Shown here: positions 1 through 12,476 of the stretch, piece by piece
Position numbering within the stretch: position 1 is the stretch's first letter
Layout: the number at the start of each line of letters is the position of its first letter
Assembly: GCF_003704095.1 (NCBI RefSeq)
Contig: NW_020844656.1
Location: forward strand, 434,001 to 498,000
From: Pocillopora damicornis
Taxonomy: Eukaryota
DNA length: 64,000 nt
Direction: 5' to 3'
Position numbers and translations under genes: made by a program
The notes under the pieces: generated by a model
Told to the model about the DNA's origin: nothing
The model's input: the letters and a program-made list of their open reading frames with translations, nothing else
The model's database searches: none

Positions 1-177
1 TTTACTCCGTACAAGACAAAAAATAATTAGCTGATGAGCCAGATGGCGTAGTTTTGGGTAAAATAAAAGACAAAGCCAAAGAAAAAAATACTGGTCCTTT
101 TTTATTTTACTCCTTTTGTAACATATGTTTAGTTTGTGCAGTATCATTTAAGGAAATTGTTCACAACTAACTGAACT

Positions 178-322
178 GAACCCAGTTGAGAAAAGGATGG
201 ATAATGCTATCTGGTGGATAATCACAACCCAGTGGATGAGTGGTAATAAAACAAGCTGCACTATCCACCTGATAGAGAGTTATCAAGTGGGTAGCATTAT
301 CCACCCCTCAAACATGGTCTTG
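178..322. mobile_element. MITE of the ccagttg...ggataa/tatcca family (related copy at about 44165-44310)
   Basis: cccagttgagaaaaggatggataatgctatc...ctatccacctgatagagagttatcaagtgggtagcattatccacc; parallel text at 44170-44310. Confidence 0.6.
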
Positions 323-1394
323 AACTCTCACAGAGTAACCAGGTCAAAATAAGAATTTCATTCTACTTCCCTTATCCAAATTGCAGCCTTAAAGGATTTG
401 TAACTCTATGGTCAAAGTATGTGGTGTCTCTAAGCAAATATTTAACTGCAAAACCTTTCCCTCTCCAAAAGTTATGAGGATTTATTTCATAATAATTGAA
501 AAGTCAGGTTACATAGTTTAGAGTGTATTCACCACTGAAAAAAATATAAACATCATTTAATGATTAGAAAAGGGTGTCTTGATATACATTACAGGACTCT
601 GGTAAAAATAAAGGAGCAGATGTACTGCTGGATAATAGTTCCCTTTCTTCAATTTTAAAGTTTGGTTTTTGAAATCTGTGAAAAGAAGCTATGGGTAGAC
701 CCTAAAGTTGTACTTTTGCTGTTCAATAATAGTCTTTCAGTCTAGAAAAATCCAAAATTTAAGTAGTGGTAATAGTACATTTAATCCTTTTCATCTTAAT
801 ATCAGTATGCATATTCTCCATACTGTTCTCGATACATTTCCTAAGGTGCTGACAAGGAGGAATTTTGAAACAATTAAGAACTTTGGGGTTAATTATCATA
901 ATGGTAGTAATAATTAGAATGCTTTCCATTAAAAAATCTGCATAGGACACCTCCAAGAAAAATTATAAGAAGTTGAAAAATGTCCACTTGTGCTCTGAGA
1001 ATTACTGTCAAATCCTCAAAACCACAAACACCTGGATATGAATATTAACATGTTCTGACCAGTGACACTGGACATTAGGGCATACAGGTACCAAAAAACA
1101 AACCAGACTACTGATGGCAAAACTGTATTGCTTCTTGGAGTAATTTTGGGAAGACTTCGGTACAACCCCAAACTATTCTAAAACAAAGCTGTTGTGCCAA
1201 AGGTAGTCTATTGTTTTAAGCCGTCATTTTCATAATACACAAACCGTATACATAATGATGTATGGAAAAAAACAACCACAAAATACTTATTTGCTGTAAA
1301 ATCTTTTGAAACTCATTCCCAGGGAGTTCTCAAACTATCATCTGGTGTACTCCTGAACATGCTATAACCCTTGCTAGGAATAGCTACACAGAAT

Positions 1395-1623
1395 GAAGGG
1401 AGCAAATTTCTAAAGAAACTGTGGAGCTGCCTCACTATGAGAGAATAACAGGGTAATTTAGTGTTGTCAACTGAGTTGATAATTTAAATTGACCACCACA
1501 AATAGTTTAAAGGTTGACGTTTCGAGCTCTGATGAAGGGCTGATGCTCGAAATGTCAGCCTTTAAACTCTTTACAATGGCCACTTTCCATTATCAACTCA
1601 GTTGATAACACTAAATTACCCTC
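1395..1623. mobile_element. Penelope-like (PLE) fragment: inverted-repeat arms around a hammerhead-like motif, with a 15-bp flanking direct repeat
   Basis: Arms about 1450-1527 and 1545-1622 are near-reverse-complements. Motif GCT-CTGATGA-A-GGGC(tgat)GCTC-GAAA-T-GTC-AGC at 1526-1559. Flanks atagctacacagaat (1380-1394) and atagctacatagaat (1624-1638). Confidence 0.65.
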
Positions 1624-2177
1624 ATAGCTACATAGAATTGACCAAAAGCAGTCCCAATCCCTCTGGCAAAGCCACTTTCACCCTAACATCTCACTTCTAT
1701 GATCCCAATATCAATTCCCTTTCCTGTCTGACATACCTTTCTTACAGTTTCACCACTGAGTAATTGGAGTTCAGTTGAACTAAATCTACCAAGAGGAACA
1801 TTTCTTTCTTCCCATCACATTTTCATTTGAAATAGATCTGATTTTTAAAAAAGAAATTTATAATTGATCACTCCTGGGAGTGACAAGGTGGAAAGAGAAA
1901 ATAATTCCATTTAAGAGTATGAAAAGTCATCATCACAATTAACCTTAAAGAGAAAGAGAAAAGGATCAGGATCTGTTTTCACCACTCATGGACTGAAACT
2001 GTTTTTTCAGGGTTGACCTTGAGGTAAGATGCATTACTAATATTTTAGCTTCTAGATTCAGTTTGCATGTAATTATGTGGCAGACAAACCAGAGTTAAAC
2101 CACAATTCCTGGTCAAAATGTAGGCCACATCAGCATCAATATAGCCTAGCAAGACAAGAGACACCCAAGTTCAAAGA

Positions 2178-5100
2178 TCATCTTTTTGATGAATGAAGGA
2201 GTTCCACTAAGGAATCACTTGCTTTGATCTGTCCAGTAAGATTCAACATGAAAAGGCGTTCTAGGCTCTTGGTGCCAATTGATCTCAGCTCAGGTAATCT
2301 TAGAAGAATGTTTCCAAATCGATTAGGTTCATTAGGGTGAAAGTTGTTGTTGTACTCCAACAATGATGCATGCACTTTATCCTGCAGTCTTTCAACCAGT
2401 TGTTGATCCAGCAGACCTTTCACATCTGAGCATGGACAAAATCAAAATGAACATAATTAAAATGACATTGTNNNNNNNNNNNNNNNNNNNNNNNNNNNNN
2501 NNNNNNNNNNNNNNNNNNNNNNNNNNNNNNNNNNNNNNNNNNNNNNNNNNNNNNNNNNNNNNNNNNNNNNNCACTTATCTGGTTGATATTGTAAGGAGAA
2601 ATTCTGTCTAGGTCACTTGCAGGAGTTAAAGGGTTAACAGAGAGAGGGCTTGTGAGAAACTTGGAGTTCTAAAAGGTGTGTTTATGGACTGTTTGCAATG
2701 TATCTGGTCCACAATAACTGACTCATCAGTAATATCATGTATCATATGTAACTGGGAGAATTAAATTGCATATGTGTACTTCACCTGGGTTTAGTAGAAT
2801 AATGACTTTGATACAAACAAATTCTGCATCATCCAGACTAAGTTCTTTAAATTTTGCAGTCAGTTGCATTACGCGGTGCATGATGTCACCAATTCCTGTT
2901 GCTTCTGCAGTAGTAAAGTCCAAAACCTGACGAGGACAAAGAAGCACTCCATTATCTAAATGTAAAGACTGCTTTGTCAAATTAATCAGCATAAGTTCAA
3001 TCCATGCACTTCCTGAAAGAATCCGTTTATCATTTTCACTAATGTCACGAAGCAATGGCAAGCATTTAAACCATTCCAAATTTCTTTTGATTTGTTCCTC
3101 TGCTTGTTGTGTGACATGTGCTAATGTCCTCTGCCCATTATCTGCAATATGACATCCCTGGCATTCTGAAGATTGTACATCAACTGGAGGCTCATATCTC
3201 AACAATTCTTTGATAAAAAGAGGAAAAGTTCTGGACGGAATTTTTGTACATGCTGCTCCATCAACTTGATCAGAAGATGAGCTGCTCCTTGAGCTTGTTC
3301 TTGCTTGTTTAGCAGCTGGTTGTGATTTGATACGTGAATTTGAAGAAAAAGATGAGTTCTTGTGTTTACCACCTGGTGTGCGATCCTCCCGGACAGCTGT
3401 AAAATGGAATAAGAGGCAAACCATTTAAAGATAAAGGTTTAAATGTTTCTCAACCAGTTTGGAGAGATGAAGTGATGAACAGAAGGAGACACAGACAGAC
3501 AGACGGTCAAAAAGGTAGAATGATGGTGACAGACAGACACAGATAGATAGGCACACAGACAAACAGACAAATGGACACTGAGGTAGCAAGCAGGCAAGAG
3601 AAAGTCAGGCACACCAATGGACAAATGACAAATACATGTAAATAAACAAAAGAGGTTGAACACCAGAGTGATTAAAATTCTAACCATAACCCTAGACAAA
3701 TGTGATAGTGAAAGGCCAAACGGACACTAACGGTTATCTGTTTGAGCGGGAAAACTGTTTGTTATCTGTTTGTCATCTGTTCGAACACCTAAAAAAATCC
3801 GTTCAAAGCATTCCACAAACCGTTTGAACGGTTTGCATATCTGTTTGAAATACATTAGCATCCATTTGAAGTATTGCGGCATCCATTCGAACAGTTCTGA
3901 CATCCGTTCGAACGATTTCAGCATCCGTTTGAACAGTTTTCCATCTGTCTGCCAACTAGAAGTGCCCGTTTGGAGAACTGCGGCATCCATTCGAATGGAT
4001 TGGCGCCCATTCTGTTCATCCGTTCAAAAAGAGAAAATTGCACTCGTCGTTTCTCTACAGTTATTCAGTGTAGCAGTCGAAACATTATGATCCACATCCA
4101 TGTAACTAAATCGTGAGACAAACAATTAACTCAGCTGTCATTTTAAACTACGATGACAAACACTTTTCATGAGATATTCAGTAGTTTCAGACAATAACTA
4201 AAAACGTTATTTCAATGAGAAATTGGAATAGCCTCAATTTTTGATCCTAAAAATTAACTTAACAACAACGTCAAATCAAATGAAAACAATCCACAGCAAC
4301 CTTGCCCGTTCCATGATCAAGCCATGCGTTTGAACGCATGGCTAAGCAAATGGCTAAGCAAACCATTCAAACGGAAAATTGTTCAAATAATTTATTCACC
4401 CGTTCGAACGCTTCAAGGACTGTTCGTTAACCGTTTGTTATCCATGCGGTTTTCTGTTAGTGTCCATTTTGCCTTTCACGGTCACAAATAATAATGAGCA
4501 GTCAAACAAAGCAAGATCTGGCTGGTGCCCAATTGAACAAAAGACAAAAAAAAAGACTGATGGACAGATAGGCAGATGATAGGCAAAGAGCTAGACAAAG
4601 AAAATATCAAGTTGATAGCAACCTAAAATATGGCAATAAATACACTGTCAGATTGAAATGAAGAATTGCCATTTTTTGTAAAGTCCACTTAAAATATACA
4701 TAACAAAAATACAAAGAAAGAGACACCAACCTTCTTTCAACATTCCAGCTTTGATACACTTCTGCAATCTACAAAACTGACAGCGATTTCGGTGTCGTTT
4801 ATCTACAGGACAATCTTGAGTCAAATTACGGCAGGAGTAGACTTTCTTATTTTGAACACTTCTCTTAAAGAATCCTTTGCAACCTTCACAGCTAGTAACT
4901 CCATAATGATGACCAGTTGCCTTGTCTGAGCAAATAACACAGATGTCATCATCAACTGGTGAAGGAACAGTTTGCTGAGGGGTCCCAGGAGATGATGGCG
5001 TTCTCGGTGTCAAGGGTGAAAGTGATGGTATTGGTAATGACGGTGTAACAGGAACTGAATCAGGAATTGTGTCCTTAATATTTGCTGATGAGTTAGTCAC

Positions 5101-8100
5101 TATGACAGACTCTTTGAGTGCACAAGGGGAAATGTTACCTTCCCCCTTTCTGTTACCTTTAGAAGGTGAAACAGAAGACTCTGAAAATCCATTTTGAACA
5201 GTGGTTGTGGTATGAGGTACAGGTGAGTTTCCAGGCAATTGTATCAGTGAGGGGACTTGGGGAAATTGTTGTGGTGTGGTGTGCTGCATAGCTGCCAATT
5301 GATGAGGTGAAAAGAAATGAGGAGCATAAAAAATGCTAGCTTGGGTGAGGTATGGTGATGCAATAGACACCATGCCTCTGTCTCCTTGAACCAAAGGCTG
5401 TGGAACAAGAAGTGGCTGTCCATTTGGTGCCAAAAGAATGGCACGAGGAAACATCTTTGGTTCTGTTGGTGATGGCAATCCAGCTGCATGAGGACTTGAA
5501 CCTACAGGTTTGAACAGAAAGGACAACATCAGTAGGTTCCTTCTATCGACAATAATTCTCCACCTGCTGATTTGCTTAACCCTTTAACTCTTTGAAATGA
5601 TTAAGATAAACTTTCTCCACATAATAATAGGGATAGCCTTTAGCAAACAGTTGATGGGAAAATTCAAACTTATCAGCGGCAGGGAGGAAACTTGATATAC
5701 ACATGTAATACCCACTTCTATTAACTGATTTATATAGAAATTTATCACATCTGCAAGTGAGAAATAATAGATCTTGAGAGTAAAGAGGGAGAGAAAAAAG
5801 AAAAACGAATGAAGAAGAGCTGTGTAAGCTGTAACTGCACTCGTAATATAACCACCTGAATAATTCCAATCCAATTTTTTCGTATTGAAATTAACTGAAT
5901 GCCCAATCATTGCCTCTTTCATTTACTTTCTTAATCTGACTATCCTATTATCAAGCTAGTAAAAATTGTCAAAACAAATTAGGTTGTCACATCATTATAA
6001 CCCCAATCCCATCTTAACCACAAAAAGAAGCTATTGAGCAAATATAAGCCTATTAACTTCATTGTTGAAGTGCACGCACATCAATCTTGCACAATAGTTT
6101 CTCTCTTTGGTCACACTGACAATGATATCATGGTCAAAACAAATACTTGGTATTTCTAGCTAACTTCTTCCTGTTTGTTTAAGCTACAACTAAATATCTA
6201 TGGTTTACCTAGGGTCAAATTAGTGGGGTTTATTTCCCTCCCACAAGAGAAGAAGTTATTTCAGTAAATCTCTTGCTTTAATTACACATGTTAAGAAATC
6301 TGTCGATAGATAAGGTACTTATACTAGCTTTCTTCTACATTACAAGACAGCCTATTAGTTGCTCGTGGCCAGAGTGCTTTCTACCTCTTGAATGCAGTGT
6401 AAGTCCACAACAAAACTTCCTTTCCATTCAAGATTGTGACATTAAATCCACAGATCATCAACTTGTCCCTAACTATAAAAACTGGTTTTCAGAGATCATT
6501 TTTTTTAAAGAAAATTTGGTACTATCTCATCCTTAAGTACTTTAAAAAATTACACATACATATATGTAAAAAAATAGGTTGTATGAAATAAGTTACTGGC
6601 TAGATTTTATAATTTGATTACAGTTTCTCCCTCTGGGGTACACCAGGGGGTGTATTCATTGCTAAGTTATGCATCTAATAATATGCACAATTGAACTGAT
6701 TTAGGCTAAGATCATGCAACAACAACAGAAAGTATTATCTACTCTACATAAGGGCTTCTTGTATTTTACTGTAATTTATCAAGTAGCTCAGAGCTGAAAC
6801 CAATTTCCTTGACCTTGGCATTCATCTGTGAGTGTTGAAACATAAAGTAGATTCTTGTAGACATATAATCTTGTATACAACTCTTTCATTTTGTTTGTTT
6901 TTTATTTTAATGCGTAGAAAACAATTTCTGGGAAATTCTTTATCACAAAAATTTTCAACAAATTGTCAATTATTTTTGGCAAGAATAACACGAGACATTG
7001 AAATCGTGAAATTTCACATTGGAGGTAATATCGAAAAATTAAGATGATATAAATAAGCAAACTCCTATATTCTTCAATGGAGTAAAAAGTTTTCATCTTA
7101 TGAGAATGTTTTAAAAATTTATAGTTTATGTTTATTTTTAAATTGATTCTATCAATAATGCTAAAACCCCTCCCACTCAATTTCAAATAATCAACAATTG
7201 TGCTCAAGGGTACCAACACAACACTTCCTCATGAGTTTTTTGGCAGCACTTAGTTAAAAGTCAAGAAAATAACACAGAGAATAAGGGGTTATATAAATCT
7301 TTTGAATTTATAGAAATCATGATTATTGTGTGCCTGAAAAGTGTGAATTCAAGTATGGTATTGTACTTTTTTAATCTTTTTCAATATTAATTGAAAAATT
7401 ACCTCGTTGTGGTTCTTGGAAATGAGCAAATATTCCTGACAGCAATGTAACAAAATAAAATTATCAGCTCTCAAAATAAGACTTTGCGGAAGACCTGTCT
7501 ACATAGCTGACAACACTATTCAAGCAAATGAAAGATTAGATCCTTTCATACTCGAATAAGGTTTATGGTCCGATTTTCGTTGTAAGTGATCGATCGTCCT
7601 TGATAAATCGGTCATTCAACCACAAAAGAATGCCAAAAGTCGACCTTTGATACGTTACAGTATCAATATAATAGACAAAATTGCGGACAGGATAAAGAAT
7701 GGCACAATGTACCAAATCGAATTGCGTTTAACTAGACCTCGTGTCTTGTTTTAAAAACAGCAAGAAACATGTTTTAACAGACGTGTCAATTCATGATACA
7801 TCGCGATCTGAAATTACATGACTTGTATTTTGAAAACGTGTCCGATTTAACACTTTAAACTGAAAAAAATAAACTGCAAGACGATCTCGCCAAAATGACT
7901 TTCCCAGCTACTAAGCGGCAATGAATTACAATTCTACTCCTCCTTCTTAATCTTGGAAATGTAGCCCATCCGTGAAAAAATGAAAATAACAACAACAAGA
8001 AGACATGCAGCCAACTACGTGACTTGCATACGATTTCTGACCGTCGAAGAATTCTACAAATTTCCTAAATAACCAGTAAGAAGAAAAACAATCGAGACAC

Positions 8101-8307
8101 CACTGTATATCTCCACGATAAAGAGCTAAAAGCGAGAATAATGCTACCCCTGAAGAAATGACGCCCGAAAAACAAATAGGAAAACCTTCCTCAGCGCACG
8201 TAACCTACTCTAAGAGGCTATTTGTCGCCCAAAAGTGCCATCGTAGCGCGTGCTTACTCACCGATCCTGTCGCTACTACCAACGTTTCTTCCTTCTCCTA
8301 CCGACAT
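2178..8307 (-). CDS. Nuclear hormone receptor, NR6 (GCNF/HR4)-like; exons 8307-8262, [7435-7403 candidate], 5501-4731, 3396-2785, 2425-2178; about 558-569 aa
   Basis: Two C4 zinc fingers ([30 protein letters not shown]...[12 protein letters not shown]) with P-box CEGCKG. The C-terminal extension [11 protein letters not shown] resembles HR4/GCNF (AVREDRMPGGR). LBD signatures present ([58 protein letters not shown]-2-like SLVELL). All introns GT-AG, all phase 1, joined length divisible by 3. The first exon ([16 protein letters not shown]|gtgagt) is inferred. Confidence 0.9.
2472..2571. other. Assembly gap (N run)
   Basis: 100 N. Confidence 1.
3480..3635. repeat. Degenerate (GACA)n microsatellite
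   Basis: gacacagacagacagac...gacagacagacacagatagataggcacacagacaaacagacaaa. Confidence 0.75.
3702..4485. mobile_element. Non-autonomous DNA transposon with ~32-bp TIRs, 4-bp AAAT TSD and internal ~21-bp repeats, in a nuclear receptor intron
   Basis: Left end gtgatagtgaaaggccaaacggacactaacgg; reverse complement of the right end gtgaccgtgaaaggcaaaatggacactaacag. aaat at 3698-3701 and 4486-4489. Repeated ccgttcgaac/ccgtttgaa units inside. Confidence 0.8.
7403..7435 (-). CDS. Candidate 33-nt frame-preserving microexon of the nuclear receptor ([11 protein letters not shown])
   Basis: Minus strand reads ttattttgttacattgctgtcag|GAATATTTGCTCATTTCCAAGAACCACAACGAG|gtaatt. Phase 1 in and out, matching the flanking exons; no stop codon. 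Confidence 0.55.
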
Positions 8308-10384
8308 TTTTCCGAATGGCCGCCAGTTTAAACGATGAACACTAGTTTTTAGTCTCGAAACTCTTCACAAGCGAGATAACAAAACACAGATGATGTCCCC
8401 ATAGCACTACACAAAGGTGGAGGCGTCTGCAGAAAGCGAGGGAAACTCAGACAAGACAAGCAGACACAAACGTTGTCAGTGCACCTCTCAGTTGGTTTGA
8501 TGGAAAATATCACGAGAACATCCGGGGTTTTCCACTGCGCATACTCTATCCCAGACGATTACAACAAAGTTTTGATGTCCACAAAATTGTATTGTAAATC
8601 TATTTTGAATATTTTGAATGGAAATAACCTAAATTGATAACAACAATGGCCGAAAATAATAAAGCCTTTGGAGGCGAAGAGAAAATTGATTCACAGATTT
8701 CCGTAGTTTGGGATGATTCATTCTATGTCTAATTGGCAAAGTTGAGTTCCATGAGGTCCGCGTGGCGTGAACAAAAAACACCGAAGTAAAGTCAAATATC
8801 TTAATTTATAGGGGTGTAATAATTTTTCAAGTCACCGGCTAAGTGGAAAAAATAAAACTTGAAATAAAAACATGGCTCGAGCGTATGTATGAAACAGAAT
8901 TATCATAATACGTGAAAAAAATTCGTTTACGCCAACAAGTAAATTTTTTTTGGGTTTCACATTTTAGTGTAAGATAACCGTGACTAAAGATTCGAGTTTT
9001 TGATGAAAACCATCTGTTATTTTAAATTGTGGACTTTTGTCCTGTGATCATGTTTATTTTTGATTATACGCTTTAGGGGTCGCTCGTGGGGTCAGGCTGA
9101 ACAGACATGCTGGAGGTGTACATGATCACATGCAAGGCGAACAAGTAAACATGAGGTAGCACGTAACAAGCACGTGAAATAGGGTACAAGTGGCAGGTGG
9201 ACAAAAAACATTCGCAGCGCTCCCTCAAATGAAAAGCGGTCATAGTTCACACGGAAGTAGCCTCAGTTCATGCCTTTTACGGTTTTTGTTTCACAGAGGA
9301 TGGAGGGAGGGGCCCAGGGGGGTAGGGAGGTGTCAAGATCGCATTTCACAAAATATCTTACGCCATCTCGAGAAAAACAAATTAGATATTGGTGGGGAAA
9401 AAAAAGACTCGTTTGAAGGATCGATTCTTGCTGAATTACATCCAATGTGAAGCTCTGTTTGTTTTCTTCACCGACTTTACACACCTCTTTCTGTCTCATC
9501 ACGGTAAGCTACTGATGTAGTAATCTGAGTCACGTTCATACATTAGTCACGCATTCCACTCAGGACATCCTCTTTTCAAAGGCCATCCGTAAGATATTCA
9601 TGGTTCGCGTCCATTGTTGCCGAATCACACTTCACGAAGACAAACCAGGTCACGATTCCTGAGAATTAGAAGCGAAGTTCGGTGGATCTTTGACAAATTT
9701 TTTTTCAATTTTTCCCCGTTCTTCACACGCGTGTGAAACAAGAGGCCGGAAAAGAACGGAGAAGACGCCTGCTGAACGCGGAAGTAACCTATTTTTTAAT
9801 TTCCTTTTGGTTTTCTTTCTGTCGATCATGCGAAATAATCGAATTTTTGTCTGTCAAGCAAACAGACCTCTCCTTCTCGAAAGTTGCGACAAAAATTTCG
9901 AAATTATCTTCGTGGAGAAAAGACTCCCCCACCCTTTCCCCGCACAAAAAGTATATTGTCCGAGGACTTGAAAATGTCAAGTTAATTAATTCAGATAAGC
10001 GGATAATTGACGGTCTGGAAATATAAGTGTTGATAAACGCGTGGGTTGTGGGATGGCTTTGTTTTGTTTTGTTTTTATCCTCAAATTATCTCATTTTTTA
10101 TCCTTTTTTTCACTAAGTTACACTTTCACGGAGCAAGAGCTTTCATGTTGAGAAAAAGCATGAAAATAAAAAAAAAACGAAAAGCATCAGTGATATTGTT
10201 TTTTAAACGCTTCTAGAAAATTATTAATCATTTTAACCAGTCTTCTGTGATCCTGTCTCGGGCGGAACTGATGGTTATGCTGGTCTGTCTCTAGACTGAA
10301 TTCTGTCGTAAATCCCAAATTTTAAAGCCAGACATGCTCATCTTTTAAATTAAAATCATTTTTTGTGTTTTTATTGGTAGGTAA

Positions 10385-10700
10385 GTATACTTAATAACAT
10401 GACTTCGAGTGCAAATTTTTCAAAGACAACAAAATTGCACGAGCCCGTGCAAGTGCAATTTGTAGTCTTTGAAAAATTTACAAGTGCTTATTTCATCAAA
10501 TTGCAACACAAAACATGTTGTTTCTTGTTAATAACGTTAATAAAAAAAACATCACAAAGATTCAAGAGAGACGTAAATTTTAGCAGCGTACTCGCTATTT
10601 GTAATTTGTACTCGTGTTACAACTTTGCACTCGTGTTACATGAGATTTCACTCGTTTTTAGCCAATCAGACGCATGCAATTTTTTCATGTACATTATTAG
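10385..10700. repeat. Interspersed repeat with an internal hairpin
   Basis: tttttcaaagacaacaaaattgcac ... gtgcaatttgtagtctttgaaaaa inverted pair; repeated actcgtgttac; agccaatcagacgc end. Confidence 0.55.
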
Positions 10701-12476
10701 CGCTGTTACTGAGTGACTCTCGAACCAGCCTCTCTCGTTTTTCACGTGCGAGAAATATGAAAAGTAAAATCACTCGTGTGAGGTAAATTTTTGTTTTTTA
10801 AGCAAGAGCGTATTTCGACTGCGAGGCGTAAATCCAAATCGAAAAGATCAAATTTCTGAACTACAACATAGATAAAATCCTACGTGGAGCGAATCAGAAC
10901 TCAGAGTAAAATTTAGCAAACTGCCCGCAACATTCGAAAATGTGAGTGGCCAAATCGTACAACTAGTTTCAGTTTTGCATGCGATTGGTCCAGAGGACTA
11001 TGGTGTCGCGAGTTTTCTGAACCAATCACAAAGCGTAGGAAAGCCAAACTAAAGCTTTTCCGGATCACCTTTTAACATTCATCTTAAAATTGTTTTGAAA
11101 ATCACACACTAGATTTATTAGTCTTCTTATATTTATCATAAGGGAACAAATAGAATGCGTGGAGTGAGGGGAGGGGAGGGGAGGAGAGGGCGGTATTGCA
11201 GAGTTGAGGAAGGTAATCGAAAAAGGAAGGATTCGCCAAAGACATTGACGCAAATTACTCCAAATTGCGGTTTCCGCAGTGTTCAATGTTCTCTCAAGTT
11301 TGAGGGCGATTTTCTTAAGGATTGAGGTTACACAAAATGTTCGGTTTGATTTCCAGCTCGACAATGATGAAGAAAAAATATCCTCGTGTTAAACAGAATC
11401 CTATTTCAAAACACTACTTCTGTTAATGACAGTCCTCTTTGTAGAATCGCAACATCGATTTGAGCAATTTTAACACCATTATTGAAACCAAAAGACTTCA
11501 AGCAATCCGGACTTTTCATAATTATAATGTATTTGAGCACTTAAAATGTTTTTAACATTAGATTTGTTCCTGTAAAGAACTTGGGAAGAATGAATAAAAA
11601 TCCTCAGCTGGTTATTCCATTAATTCTAGTTTGTTTTATCCTTAAGATAAATACATTTCAAAATTTTTCTTCCAAATATTGCATAAATTAGGAAAAAATC
11701 GTTTTCAAACAATTTCCTTGAAAATAATCATTGTTCTCTACCTGGAACCAACTGTCCTCGATTCAATACATTGAAATAAACTTTCCCAACGGAAAATCTA
11801 AATTTGAAAGCGTAGAAACACGGAGAATCTTATTTTTTAATAAGTTTTACCTCATACCTTTCTGTGAGCAAAATTGCAAATCTTATTTACGAAAGGGCAA
11901 CTGACGTCATTAGGCTGAATCTAATAGCCGATCCTATTTGTTTCATAGAGGAACAATTTCCCTGACAACACAAACTGACTACAACTGAGTAATGAGCACG
12001 CTCGTATTCGATACTTATTTGATATTCTTCTCTCTTTATTGCATAGGGTTATTTTGAGTGTTTTGCGCGATTTCGCAATCTCTTTTTGAAAAGTTTACAG
12101 GTGTGCGCGTACGCCAGATACCCAGAGATCAAAGCGAACCCTGATAAACTGGCTTGCCAATTTTAATTGCTGTTTGACGCGTGGGTGGTTTTGGACATAA
12201 AATATTAAGGCTGTGAGACTCAAGCCACATATGCATTTCGCAAGGCTTAGAATGAACAAGTAATCCCTAAGAAACAACAAATCTTTCGTCCAGAACTTCG
12301 GGGGCCATCCATTCGCTGACGTAGACTGAGTGAGGTCTTCCAGATTCAGTTCAACCAGGCAGAAAATGCAGTAGTTGAAACTAAAGAAGAAGGAGGATTT
12401 TCTTTCAAAAGGGGGGTTTTCCCAAGGAATTAATTGTTTAGATCATCAGCTGCTAGCGAAACATTCGATCTCTCAA

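Noticed and set aside
2363-2611. ORFs spanning N runs (also 28359-28728 and 60815-61177)
   Set aside because: Artefacts of assembly gaps.
3727-4090. ORFs with periodic peptides and a CRISPR-like look of spaced repeats
   Set aside because: Produced by degenerate ~21-bp repeats inside a TIR element; no unique spacers, no cas genes, eukaryotic context.
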